Counted from the first letter of the stretch, positions 9,684 through 17,851 are shown. The stretch is 54,631 nt of DNA from an uncultured Porphyromonadaceae bacterium (GCA_947177145.1 CAMWTL010000001.1:1-54631); one strand, 5' to 3'. The notes: generated from the sequence alone by a model not told the origin. Numbers and translations are program-made.

Positions 9684-10829
9684 CTATTCCCTGTGGCCCA
9701 GCACCAGTGAAAGGACTGAGTCCTCGTTCTTCACCACACCGTAAACGTTGGCACGCTCAACTATCTTCTGCGCCCATCTCTGGTGTGGGCCTATCTCATT
9801 CATCTTCCCGCCATCCGCACTCTTCACCACCCCGCCCGAGGTGTTGAGGATCTGCACGGCGTCGTTGTACTCCTCCTCGACCACGGTGAACATGGCGTTC
9901 ACGAACTTGGCATGGGTTGGATGTATGATGGTCTTCCCCACAAAGCCGTTGGCACGGTCTATCAGCACCTCCTTCAGAAGCCCGTCTATCGCAGGGTTAA
10001 CTATGTCATGGCCCTTGATCAGCGCATTGTGGAAATTGCGTTTGATCACCTCGTCTATGTCATCCTCCTTGTATACCCTGAAGTATTCCCAGACAGCGGC
10101 CGACACGCAGTAGTCGTTGTAGCGGCTGAAGAAGTTGATTATGTCCGAGAGGGCATCCCTGACAGGCATTATGTCATAGACGGTGGAGTTGATGCCGCGC
10201 CGCACCCCGAAGAGGGAGGACATGTCGGTGCCACCCACACGTATGTTCAGTATGAGCTCCTTATACGGTTCAAGGATGTTCCTGAGCAGGAGGAGCTCCT
10301 GGTTCCTGGTCTCCCTGAAGGCGACCTCCTCCCCCTCCAATATGGGCATGCCGTACAGAACAACGTTGAATCTCCTGTTGGCCTCGGCGAGTGTGCGGAG
10401 GACACCGAGGGCGTTCCTGCTGTTGAACTTAGGGAAATTGAAACCCGTAAGCACAGATGCCTGACGGGCCGTCATCCTCGACACGAAGCTCCTGAACTGT
10501 TCGGGATTGCGCACCCTCACAAAAATTAGCGGTATGTCGTCATGGCTGAGACGCCCCTGCTCTATTAGGTCAGCAAAGCAGTCCAGATGCTCCAGTATGT
10601 TCCTCTCCGCAGCCGGGAGGTCCTCCTCCCTGATCGCATCCTCACAACACATGACGAAGGATGTCACCTCTAACTGCCGGTTTATGACCTTCTCCCTGAT
10701 GTCCTTTGTGCCGGGCATGTAGAGGGTGCTCCCGAGACAGTACTGGAGCGTGTCCCTCGGAGTGAACTTGTTGAATTCCATGGGAGCCTTCACAAAGGCG
10801 AAATCCCTATTGTATCTGTGAAATCTCAT
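9684..10829 (-). CDS. HpcH/HpaI aldolase / citrate-lyase-like TIM-barrel enzyme (C-C bond lyase type)
   Basis: LGSTLYMPG, CCEDAI, IFVRVR, FPKF, MPILE, RVGGTD..SLFGVRR, GFVGKTIIHP, KMNE; start ATG 10829 forms an ATGA overlap with the upstream gene. Confidence 0.85.
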   Translation of the reverse strand: MRFHRYNRDFAFVKAPMEFNKFTPRDTLQYCLGSTLYMPGTKDIREKVINRQLEVTSFVMCCEDAIREEDLPAAERNILEHLDCFADLIEQGRLSHDDIPLIFVRVRNPEQFRSFVSRMTARQASVLTGFNFPKFNSRNALGVLRTLAEANRRFNVVLYGMPILEGEEVAFRETRNQELLLLRNILEPYKELILNIRVGGTDMSSLFGVRRGINSTVYDIMPVRDALSDIINFFSRYNDYCVSAAVWEYFRVYKEDDIDEVIKRNFHNALIKGHDIVNPAIDGLLKEVLIDRANGFVGKTIIHPTHAKFVNAMFTVVEEEYNDAVQILNTSGGVVKSADGGKMNEIGPHQRWAQKIVERANVYGVVKNEDSVLSLVLGHRE

Positions 10830-11755
10830 ATCTGTCCCATGCTCTGAGCCCGGGGACACGCCTTAGGCGACATGGCCGCCTCCGGGTAGTACTCGTCTAT
10901 CATTCTCTTGACCAGGAGGATCTGCTTGGCCCTCTGCTTGGCCTCCTTCTCCGTCGTGTCATAGCTGTGGTTCGCGGCGACACTGCCGCCGGTCTTCAGG
11001 TATATCGGAGCTGCGACACGGATGAAGTCGGGCACCTCGTAATGCCGTATGAAGCCTCCGCTGGACTTCGGGTTCTCAGTATGGATGTCTATGGGGACTG
11101 AAACCGCGTCCCTCATGGCCGCCAGCATCTGCAACTGTATGTCACGCACGGGGTTTATGGAGTCTGCCCCGAGAACCTCAAGCACACGTGCTGAGCACGG
11201 GTTGCCGTGTCCCGAGTGGGCAGACACCTTGAAATGGCAATCCCCGGGTATATATCCCTTGTTGCGGGCCTCGTTCAGGACGTAGAGAAGCCCCTCGTCG
11301 TAGATGAGGAAGCCCCTAACACCCAGACGGGAGGCGCGTCTGACCTCCTCTATGCCCCTGACCACCTGCTCCTGACCACGCAGACGGTACCCCATCCGCT
11401 GGCCCTCCTCGGTCTTCACACTGGCAGACGTGTCGGTGGTGGCACGGGGACCGCAGGCAAGGACAAGATCGACACCGTACCTGCAGGCAAGATCGACCAT
11501 CTCCCGGATCTCGTCGTCGGTGAGGAACATGATTCCCTTTGTCTGGGTCACGCGGTGTATGCCTATGCCGTACTCTTCAAGCTGTTCCAGGAGTGCCCTC
11601 ATCGGACCGGGGCCCTGAATCCCGGGCACCTCGAACCTGTACTGTCCCCCGTCGGGGAAACGCTTCTCCGATGTGGGGAGGTCATAGCGATCCCCACCCG
11701 GTAAACCGAGACTTTCAAGGAATTCCCTTGTGTCCCTCATTGTATGGTATTCCAT
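10826..11755 (-). CDS. Uncharacterised TIM-barrel protein, peptidase U32-like
   Basis: GVRGFLIYDEGLL, KVSAHSGHGNP, LGADSINP, PIDIHTE resemble the U32 barrel core; tightly coupled within the operon. Confidence 0.6.
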   Translation of the reverse strand: MEYHTMRDTREFLESLGLPGGDRYDLPTSEKRFPDGGQYRFEVPGIQGPGPMRALLEQLEEYGIGIHRVTQTKGIMFLTDDEIREMVDLACRYGVDLVLACGPRATTDTSASVKTEEGQRMGYRLRGQEQVVRGIEEVRRASRLGVRGFLIYDEGLLYVLNEARNKGYIPGDCHFKVSAHSGHGNPCSARVLEVLGADSINPVRDIQLQMLAAMRDAVSVPIDIHTENPKSSGGFIRHYEVPDFIRVAAPIYLKTGGSVAANHSYDTTEKEAKQRAKQILLVKRMIDEYYPEAAMSPKACPRAQSMGQI

Positions 11756-11771
11756 ATAGTATTATGTACTT

Positions 11772-12887
11772 TTATTTCTTGAAATGTCTCAGTACCCTCT
11801 CAATGTCATTGTCTGAGAGGTCATGGTGCATCGGCAGACATAAAACCGTATCAGCCAACTTATATGCCTCCGGCAGATTTTCACGGGTGGCTGAGGGAAG
11901 ACCTCTATATGTACTGAATTCCGAAATGAGCGGATAGAAATAACGTCTACCGAGTACGTTGGCTTCCTTCATCTCCTGATAGAGTTGGTCTCTGGTCTTT
12001 CCGAACTTCTCAGCGTCTACAAAGATGGGGAAGTAACTATAATTGTGCCTTATACCGGGCATATCATCGAAGAAGGTTATGCCATCGACATCCCTCAAAG
12101 CATCACGGTAAGCATTTGCCACCTTCTGACGCGCCGCTATGGCTGCGTCAACCTGCTTGAGGTTCAGCAGGCCGTAGGCGGCGCGCACCTCATCCATCTT
12201 GGAGTTGATACCCGGAGCTACTACTGTGGTCTCGTTGGCAAAGCCAAAGTTCTTAAGGTAGTCAATCCGTTTCTTTGTCTGCTCATCCTTCATCACCATC
12301 GCACCGCCCTCTATCGTGTTGTAAACCTTGGTGGCATGGAAAGAGAGTGTGGAAATATCTCCGGCATTTAGTATAGATTCACCATCAACCTCAACTCCGA
12401 AAGCGTGAGCGGCATCATAGATTACCTTCAAACCATACTTGTCAGCGATCTCCTGTATAGCCTTCGTGTCGCAGGGCTTCCCGTAGCAGTGTACGGGCAT
12501 GATTGCCGTTGTCTTGGGAGTTATCGCAGCCTCGATTTTAGCTGGGTCAATACCGCAGTTCGAGGGGTCCACATCCACAAAAACAGGCCTGATGCCGTTC
12601 CACCACAATGAATGTGTGGTGGCGACAAAGCTGTAGGGCGTGGTGATTACCTCCCCCGTGATGCGCAGTGCCTGAAGCGCAGTGATCAGGGGCAAAGTAC
12701 CGTTAGTGAATAGGCTGAGATAGGGAACTTTCAGATACTCCGCCAGTTCCTTCTCCAACTGCCTATGGAATGAACCGTTATTGGTAATCCACTTGTTTGC
12801 CCAAATCTCCTTCAGAAGAGCATTGAACTCCTCCAGATCAGGTAACAGCGGAGACGTAACGGTTATCTGACTTTCGTTGCTTTCCAT
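11772..12887 (-). CDS. DegT/DnrJ/EryC1/StrS PLP-dependent NDP-sugar aminotransferase (VioA-like)
   Basis: WITNNG, FTNGT, TTPYSFVAT, YDAAHAFG, SFHATKVYNTIEGG, RRYFYP; likely start ATG 12887 (MESNES). Confidence 0.92.
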   Translation of the reverse strand: MESNESQITVTSPLLPDLEEFNALLKEIWANKWITNNGSFHRQLEKELAEYLKVPYLSLFTNGTLPLITALQALRITGEVITTPYSFVATTHSLWWNGIRPVFVDVDPSNCGIDPAKIEAAITPKTTAIMPVHCYGKPCDTKAIQEIADKYGLKVIYDAAHAFGVEVDGESILNAGDISTLSFHATKVYNTIEGGAMVMKDEQTKKRIDYLKNFGFANETTVVAPGINSKMDEVRAAYGLLNLKQVDAAIAARQKVANAYRDALRDVDGITFFDDMPGIRHNYSYFPIFVDAEKFGKTRDQLYQEMKEANVLGRRYFYPLISEFSTYRGLPSATRENLPEAYKLADTVLCLPMHHDLSDNDIERVLRHFKK

Positions 12888-12900
12888 ATTTATAATGATT

Positions 12901-14337
12901 TTATCTTTTACGAATAATGGCAAGTAGCTCAGCAAATTCTGAGAAACGAAAAAGCCTGGCTAAAACGACATATAGAATTATACCTTCAAAAACCCCCAAA
13001 CAGAGCGCTAGCCAGGAGTTCATTGAAATCAGAGTAACGGTAGCGTATACTACGGCTCCGACACCAAAGCTAAGAAGTAAAGTCGGCAGCAAATCCCGCA
13101 TCTGGGCAATGAAGCCAAGATGGATAAGCTTACCTGTATAATGGGTATTTATTATCAAAGCAATGATTGAGGTTATTATCATACCATAGCACATGGCAAG
13201 AAGACCTAACGGAAGAGTTATACAAAGCATAATGACCCCATTGATTTTTTTTATAACCTCTAGCTTTAAAAACAGGTCACTCCTACCCCTTACTTGTAAA
13301 AGGTTAAGATTAATTGCATGGACAGGATACCACATCTGAGAGAAACAGAGTATCTGAATCAAGACCGCTGAAAAGAGCCATTTTTCAGTCAGGAAAGATA
13401 TTATCATTGGCTTGGCAACGGCTGCTAATCCCATCATAAGAGGAAAAATAATGAATGCCGATGTTTTTAATAGTCTCCTATAGACATCAGCAAGCCGAAT
13501 ATCATCGTTCTGTATCGTACACAGTACCGGATAAGTTACTCTTTGAAAGATTCCGGTAATATTGGAGGAGGCAAAATCTGTGAACTGGTGTGCCCGGGTG
13601 TAGTAACCCAAGTCAGACGCTTTGAATACCTTTCCAATGACAATTAGATAAATATTACGATAAAGTGTATCAAGTAATCCGGAAGCCAACATCTTCGACC
13701 CGAAGCTGAAAAGTTCCTTAAAGGATGTCCAAGAGTATGCCCAAACAGGTTTCCAATGAGATAAGATCCACAACAGAAGAGTTATTATCGCAAGATTGGT
13801 AAGCTGCTGCCAAACGATTGCCCATACACCATAACCAGTATGAGCCATCCAGATACCCACCACACCAGAAACTACTGCACCGACAAAGGAAGCCTTTGCC
13901 TGTGTCTTGAAATCAAGTCGAATGGTTAGTAATGCCCGTTGAACTATTACCAGAGAGTTAAATATAAGGCTGAGTCCTATAGCACGTGTTATAGGGATCA
14001 ATAACGGTTCATTATAGAAATTAGCAATAAGAGGTGCTGAGAAAAAAAGTATGAAATATAGTATTAATCCAACACCAATATTGAAATAGAACACTGTTGA
14101 ATTATCTATCTCACTGCGATCTTGCTTTCTAATAAGTGCCTGTGAAAAACCGCTATCTATAAGAGATTGAGAAATGGCTATGAAAATAGCCAACATACCC
14201 ACCAATCCATAGTCCTCAGGAGTCAGTATTCGAGCCATGATAATCATGACTACGAACTGAATACCCTGAACAGAAAATCGTTCAAGTGTACTCCATATAG
14301 TACCTTTGACTGTCTTATTTTTTAATGATTCTGCCAC
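12901..14337 (-). CDS. wzx: Polysaccharide flippase (WzxC-like)
   Basis: SLKNKTVKGTIWS, ARILTPEDYGLVGM, DSGFSQALIRK, LGYYTRA; about 12 TM segments. Confidence 0.92.
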   Translation of the reverse strand: MAESLKNKTVKGTIWSTLERFSVQGIQFVVMIIMARILTPEDYGLVGMLAIFIAISQSLIDSGFSQALIRKQDRSEIDNSTVFYFNIGVGLILYFILFFSAPLIANFYNEPLLIPITRAIGLSLIFNSLVIVQRALLTIRLDFKTQAKASFVGAVVSGVVGIWMAHTGYGVWAIVWQQLTNLAIITLLLWILSHWKPVWAYSWTSFKELFSFGSKMLASGLLDTLYRNIYLIVIGKVFKASDLGYYTRAHQFTDFASSNITGIFQRVTYPVLCTIQNDDIRLADVYRRLLKTSAFIIFPLMMGLAAVAKPMIISFLTEKWLFSAVLIQILCFSQMWYPVHAINLNLLQVRGRSDLFLKLEVIKKINGVIMLCITLPLGLLAMCYGMIITSIIALIINTHYTGKLIHLGFIAQMRDLLPTLLLSFGVGAVVYATVTLISMNSWLALCLGVFEGIILYVVLARLFRFSEFAELLAIIRKR

Positions 14338-14354
14338 GAATCAAAATAACAGAT

Positions 14355-14813
14355 TCACAATCTAATTTTATGTCTCCCAAGAGAAGCAATCAATTCCGGA
14401 AATACTCTTTCTAAATCACTAAAAGTCCGTAGTACGCACGGCTCTGTCAATCCACAAATATTCTGTCCTTGTACAAATCCCCGAGGAAGCAGTTCAATAA
14501 CAGTCTCAATATTCTTATAAGGAATAAGATAAAATCTTTCCTCCTTCTCCCCCACGGTGACGTTATTCTTCCCTCCCAAATTCCAAAGTACATCCCACTC
14601 GCCGTCGCGGACGATGGTCTTCATCTTATAGCAGGATTGCAGGATAGCTTCTGTCAAGGGAATCTCCTCCAAATCATTTTCTAAACAGACAACTTCCCTA
14701 CCGTTCTGAAGCCTGATTCTCACTTTCCTACCCTCATCACCGGAATTGGACACGAAGCCAATCAATTCACAGAGCTTATCTTTATATCTATAATGACAAT
14801 TGCAATAAAACAT
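14355..14813 (-). CDS. Hypothetical protein (152 aa)
   Basis: ORF co-directional with and tightly spaced in the operon; no recognisable family. Confidence 0.6.
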   Translation of the reverse strand: MFYCNCHYRYKDKLCELIGFVSNSGDEGRKVRIRLQNGREVVCLENDLEEIPLTEAILQSCYKMKTIVRDGEWDVLWNLGGKNNVTVGEKEERFYLIPYKNIETVIELLPRGFVQGQNICGLTEPCVLRTFSDLERVFPELIASLGRHKIRL

Positions 14814-14834
14814 ACAATTTCAGTCTTGTTACTA

Positions 14835-15518
14835 TTAGTAAGAGACTACAGCTGGAAAAAGAGAGTTCACGAAACTACGGTAATTCTTCAGAAGTGGTGT
14901 GCTTAAAACTGAAAGATCATCTATCTTGTTGGCTTGATACCATTTCAATTTCAGTTCTTTAGCAGTCTTACCGTGAGATGCTTCCGACTTAATCGAACTG
15001 TCTGCAATCAAGTTGTCAATGTTTTCTCGCATTACGATTGCTAAGCGCTGGTAGTTTTCGTGAGCAGTGACATTAGGAAAGCATTTATGCACACACAATG
15101 TTCTTACCCAATTCTTTAGCATTTTGGTACGAAGCGTACCACCATTGACAGCTTTTTTCAAAATGCTGTAGATTTGGCTCTCCTGTATATTGCGATTACC
15201 GGATCTCCAAGCGGTGTAGACTCGCTGGCGTTGGGTAGCGAGGAAGCGTCGGTCAGGCTGCTTGCCGTAGCCAATTCGGTAGAGCAAGTCGTACATCTCC
15301 AACAATGATGGGATTTCCTCTTCACAGCAGCTCCCCAATACTCTTTCGATTCGTAGACAGAGTGATCGACAGCGGCTTTCGTTATCCAATTCCCCCAACG
15401 ATTTCCTATGCCCATCGAAAGTAAGATTACCATCCCCCTGGCTTTTTACCACCATATACTGTGCCTCCCCAAGAAGGTCTTCGAGGCGCTCAGCTATTCG
15501 TTTATATGCCGTTGTCAT
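14835..15518 (-). CDS. Hypothetical, probably helical protein (227 aa) in the position usually held by upxZ
   Basis: ATG-started ORF directly after the NusG-paralog gene, followed by TAA TAG TAA; no recognisable family. Confidence 0.65.
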   Translation of the reverse strand: MTTAYKRIAERLEDLLGEAQYMVVKSQGDGNLTFDGHRKSLGELDNESRCRSLCLRIERVLGSCCEEEIPSLLEMYDLLYRIGYGKQPDRRFLATQRQRVYTAWRSGNRNIQESQIYSILKKAVNGGTLRTKMLKNWVRTLCVHKCFPNVTAHENYQRLAIVMRENIDNLIADSSIKSEASHGKTAKELKLKWYQANKIDDLSVLSTPLLKNYRSFVNSLFPAVVSY

Positions 15519-15587
15519 CCTAACTTTGAAAAACTTACCAGTGCTTTGCGAGATGGTTCGGAGACCGCCTATTCATAAGAATAAGTC

Positions 15588-15656
15588 TCGTGAAAATCTA
15601 AATCTCAATATTACGAAAATCTAAACTTAAGCATCGTGAAAACCTAAGCCTAAGTT
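15588..15656. repeat. Three degenerate 23-bp tandem repeats (core GAAAAYCTAA)
   Basis: tcgtgaaaatctaaatctcaata / ttacgaaaatctaaacttaagca / tcgtgaaaacctaagcctaagtt; cores at 15592, 15615, 15638. Confidence 0.8.
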
Positions 15657-15659
15657 CAA

Positions 15660-17516
15660 TTATTCCAATATCCTCTCTATCTGACGTTCATCGAGGTCGA
15701 TGCGCCACTCATAGCCTTGGTCGGTGGAGAGCTTGACGCGAAATATCACTGATCCGCTTTCAGTATTAATCACATCCTCCACTTCACCTCGGCGATTGTT
15801 ATAGCCGGCTTTTATCACCACAACCGATTCGCCGGGTTTCGGTGACAGTTCACCTAAATTGTGTACCTCAATATCGGGTGTAAATACTCCGATTACAGCC
15901 TGAAAACGTTTCATATCTCTCGACGAAATCACCGCATAAGGTGAGCCGGCATTCCGGGTCACACGATAGCACCAAGCCTTATCCCCTATCCGGCTGAACA
16001 TCGGCAATATCTTCTCCGGATAGCTCTTAAAGAACACGGTATGGGAAATGAACGGTTTCTCATCAATCACAGTCTTATTCCCCACACGCTTCTTAATCGT
16101 CTCACTCGGATAGAAAAGCTCCGGCACAGGTCGGATGCTCTCATTTATATCCTTCCTAAGCTCATCATAATCCACACCCTTACGCAGGTGCATAGCATAC
16201 CAGCGAGGCATCTCATGGGTAAGCACCGCATTTACCGTCTTGTCCCACAACTTCTTATTCTCCTCCGCAGTTACTAAATCATCCTTCTGTCCCTCCCTAA
16301 ATTCCCTCGCTTGCACATCCTTCAAATGCCCGTTCTGCAAATTCCTCAAATCCGCCTCAAAAGCTCCTTCCAAATCTTCTACACTATTCGAAGAAACTCC
16401 TTTCAAATCTTCCTTACTTTTCACAGAAGCCTTTTCCCCACCTTTTCTTCTCTTAGCTAAAGTGCCCTGCTTAGTCAAAGCACCCTGCATACCATCTGCT
16501 GCTTCGGAAGAAGCATCACCCGCAAGCTGCATACCCTTGGCGAAGAAATCAGGCACGGCATACTCAGCACTGCCATCCACACAGGCAAGTGCTTCCGAAA
16601 CCGTCGCACCGCTCTTCACCGCACACGCTACCCAGATTGATCGCGCCAACGTGTCGGCATCAAATGTACCGAGACCGGAAGCTAAGTGGTTGTCGCTCTT
16701 CAAAATAGAGAAGTTATTGACAACCTGTAGATAACTTCTCTTTAGTCCCTCACTTACAGCTTTATATATCTGCTTAGGAGTAGCGTAAGACTGCCTCAGG
16801 TCAAACACAAAATCTCGCTTCGGAGCCATATTACGCTCGGCAATTCCACGCGAAATCTCATTATACCTTGGCACATCTCCTTTCCTAAGCATAGCCACAT
16901 CACGCAGCGACATCGCACCGTTCAGCAACGAAAAGAGAAGCATATCCTCATACTTGCCCTCACCACCTGCTTTCAGATTCCTTTTTTTGCTCTTTTTCAG
17001 ACTGGCTCCATTTTCCTTATCACCCTCTTGATTACAGTTTAAAACAGTCTCTGAAAATGAATCATCACAAATGCTGTTTTTTACCATAGTGTCTGAAAGA
17101 CCACCAGTGCCTTTCAATTTCTGACGAAGCATACTCAGACACTCCGCAAACCTATCCTCTTGCATAAGTGGAGGCAAAGGCATAGAGCATTCTGAAAGCT
17201 GACGTGCCAACACACGTGGTGCGTCGGTTGCCTCCAACAATCCTCGTTTGGCAGCCGACTTAACAAGACCGTTTAATATATTAAGGTGATAAACCACGGT
17301 ATTCTTCGCAAGACCTTTCCGGAGAAGTTCAATGCTGAAATCAGCCAGCATTGCCGAAGAGAGATCCGACAATGGTAGACGATGCCCGGTCACAAAAAGG
17401 TCGAGTTCAGACACTGTACGACGATACTTGAGGGCAGTATCCGCATTCAGCGTAGAGAGTTTTGATTGGAAAAATTCAAACAACTCGCGATTGCTATGTT
17501 GTTTATTTACAGCCAC
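15660..17516 (-). CDS. Fusion protein: phage-integrase SAM-like and degenerate tyrosine-recombinase domains, plus C-terminal UpxY/NusG (NGN+KOW) antiterminator
   Basis: N-term TALKYRRTVSELDLF..LSDLSSAMLADF..L.KNTVVYHLNILNGLV (integrase core-binding); DMLLFSLLNGAMSLRDVAMLRKGD and LARSIWVACAVKSG (integrase boxes); C-term RWYAMH..ELFYP..KPFISHTVFF..AVISSRDMKRF..PGESVVVIKAGYNNRRGEV (NGN/KOW); first gene of a polysaccharide operon; GTG start. Confidence 0.85.
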   Translation of the reverse strand: MAVNKQHSNRELFEFFQSKLSTLNADTALKYRRTVSELDLFVTGHRLPLSDLSSAMLADFSIELLRKGLAKNTVVYHLNILNGLVKSAAKRGLLEATDAPRVLARQLSECSMPLPPLMQEDRFAECLSMLRQKLKGTGGLSDTMVKNSICDDSFSETVLNCNQEGDKENGASLKKSKKRNLKAGGEGKYEDMLLFSLLNGAMSLRDVAMLRKGDVPRYNEISRGIAERNMAPKRDFVFDLRQSYATPKQIYKAVSEGLKRSYLQVVNNFSILKSDNHLASGLGTFDADTLARSIWVACAVKSGATVSEALACVDGSAEYAVPDFFAKGMQLAGDASSEAADGMQGALTKQGTLAKRRKGGEKASVKSKEDLKGVSSNSVEDLEGAFEADLRNLQNGHLKDVQAREFREGQKDDLVTAEENKKLWDKTVNAVLTHEMPRWYAMHLRKGVDYDELRKDINESIRPVPELFYPSETIKKRVGNKTVIDEKPFISHTVFFKSYPEKILPMFSRIGDKAWCYRVTRNAGSPYAVISSRDMKRFQAVIGVFTPDIEVHNLGELSPKPGESVVVIKAGYNNRRGEVEDVINTESGSVIFRVKLSTDQGYEWRIDLDERQIERILE

Positions 17517-17535
17517 TTAAATCTTCGCGATTTTT

Positions 17536-17552
17536 TACCTTTTGAAAAGGTA
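17536..17552. promoter_or_regulatory. Perfect 8-1-8 palindrome in operon leader
   Basis: TACCTTTT-G-AAAAGGTA, 19 nt upstream of the GTG start. Confidence 0.5.
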
Positions 17553-17675
17553 GGGATATTTCTTCTCTTCCCTCTGTTTCAGCGGATTATATCCCTGCGA
17601 CAGAAGTTCCAAAGTAAGTATGTATGCAAGAGCTTCCAAGTATGAAGAATCCCTTACGTGGCAATCCAACCAACC

Positions 17676-17692
17676 ATCTCTTCGGAAGAGAT
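17676..17692. repeat. 17-bp inverted repeat, left copy (itself palindromic)
   Basis: ATCTCTTCGGAAGAGAT; exact reverse complement of 17852-17868. Confidence 0.85.
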
Positions 17693-17706
17693 AGTCAATC
17701 GTAATG

Positions 17707-17738
17707 CGAAATTACGAAAAAAACTCATAATAACCAAA
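17707..17738 (-). promoter_or_regulatory. Bacteroidetes housekeeping promoter of the polysaccharide operon
   Basis: Minus strand: TTTG (17738-17735), 20-nt spacer, TAATTTCG (17714-17707); matches -33 TTTG / -7 TAnnTTTG with one mismatch. Confidence 0.7.
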
Positions 17739-17851
17739 TTACATCACGATTTTTAACGAAAAAGAAATGTTATTTTAAAACATTGTTTAAAAAGGTCCCT
17801 TTTACGCCCCCTCCCGCCTTATTGTATTTCAACCCCTTATGATAGTTGGAC

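Noticed and set aside
9748-10529. + strand ORFs of 121-248 aa (and similar ones across 3860-12611)
   Set aside because: Antisense shadows of GC-rich genes with clear family motifs on the minus strand
15660-17516. Active integrase marking a prophage or ICE boundary
   Set aside because: Catalytic motifs look degenerate, the protein is fused to NusG, and there are no phage, conjugation or tRNA/att features nearby
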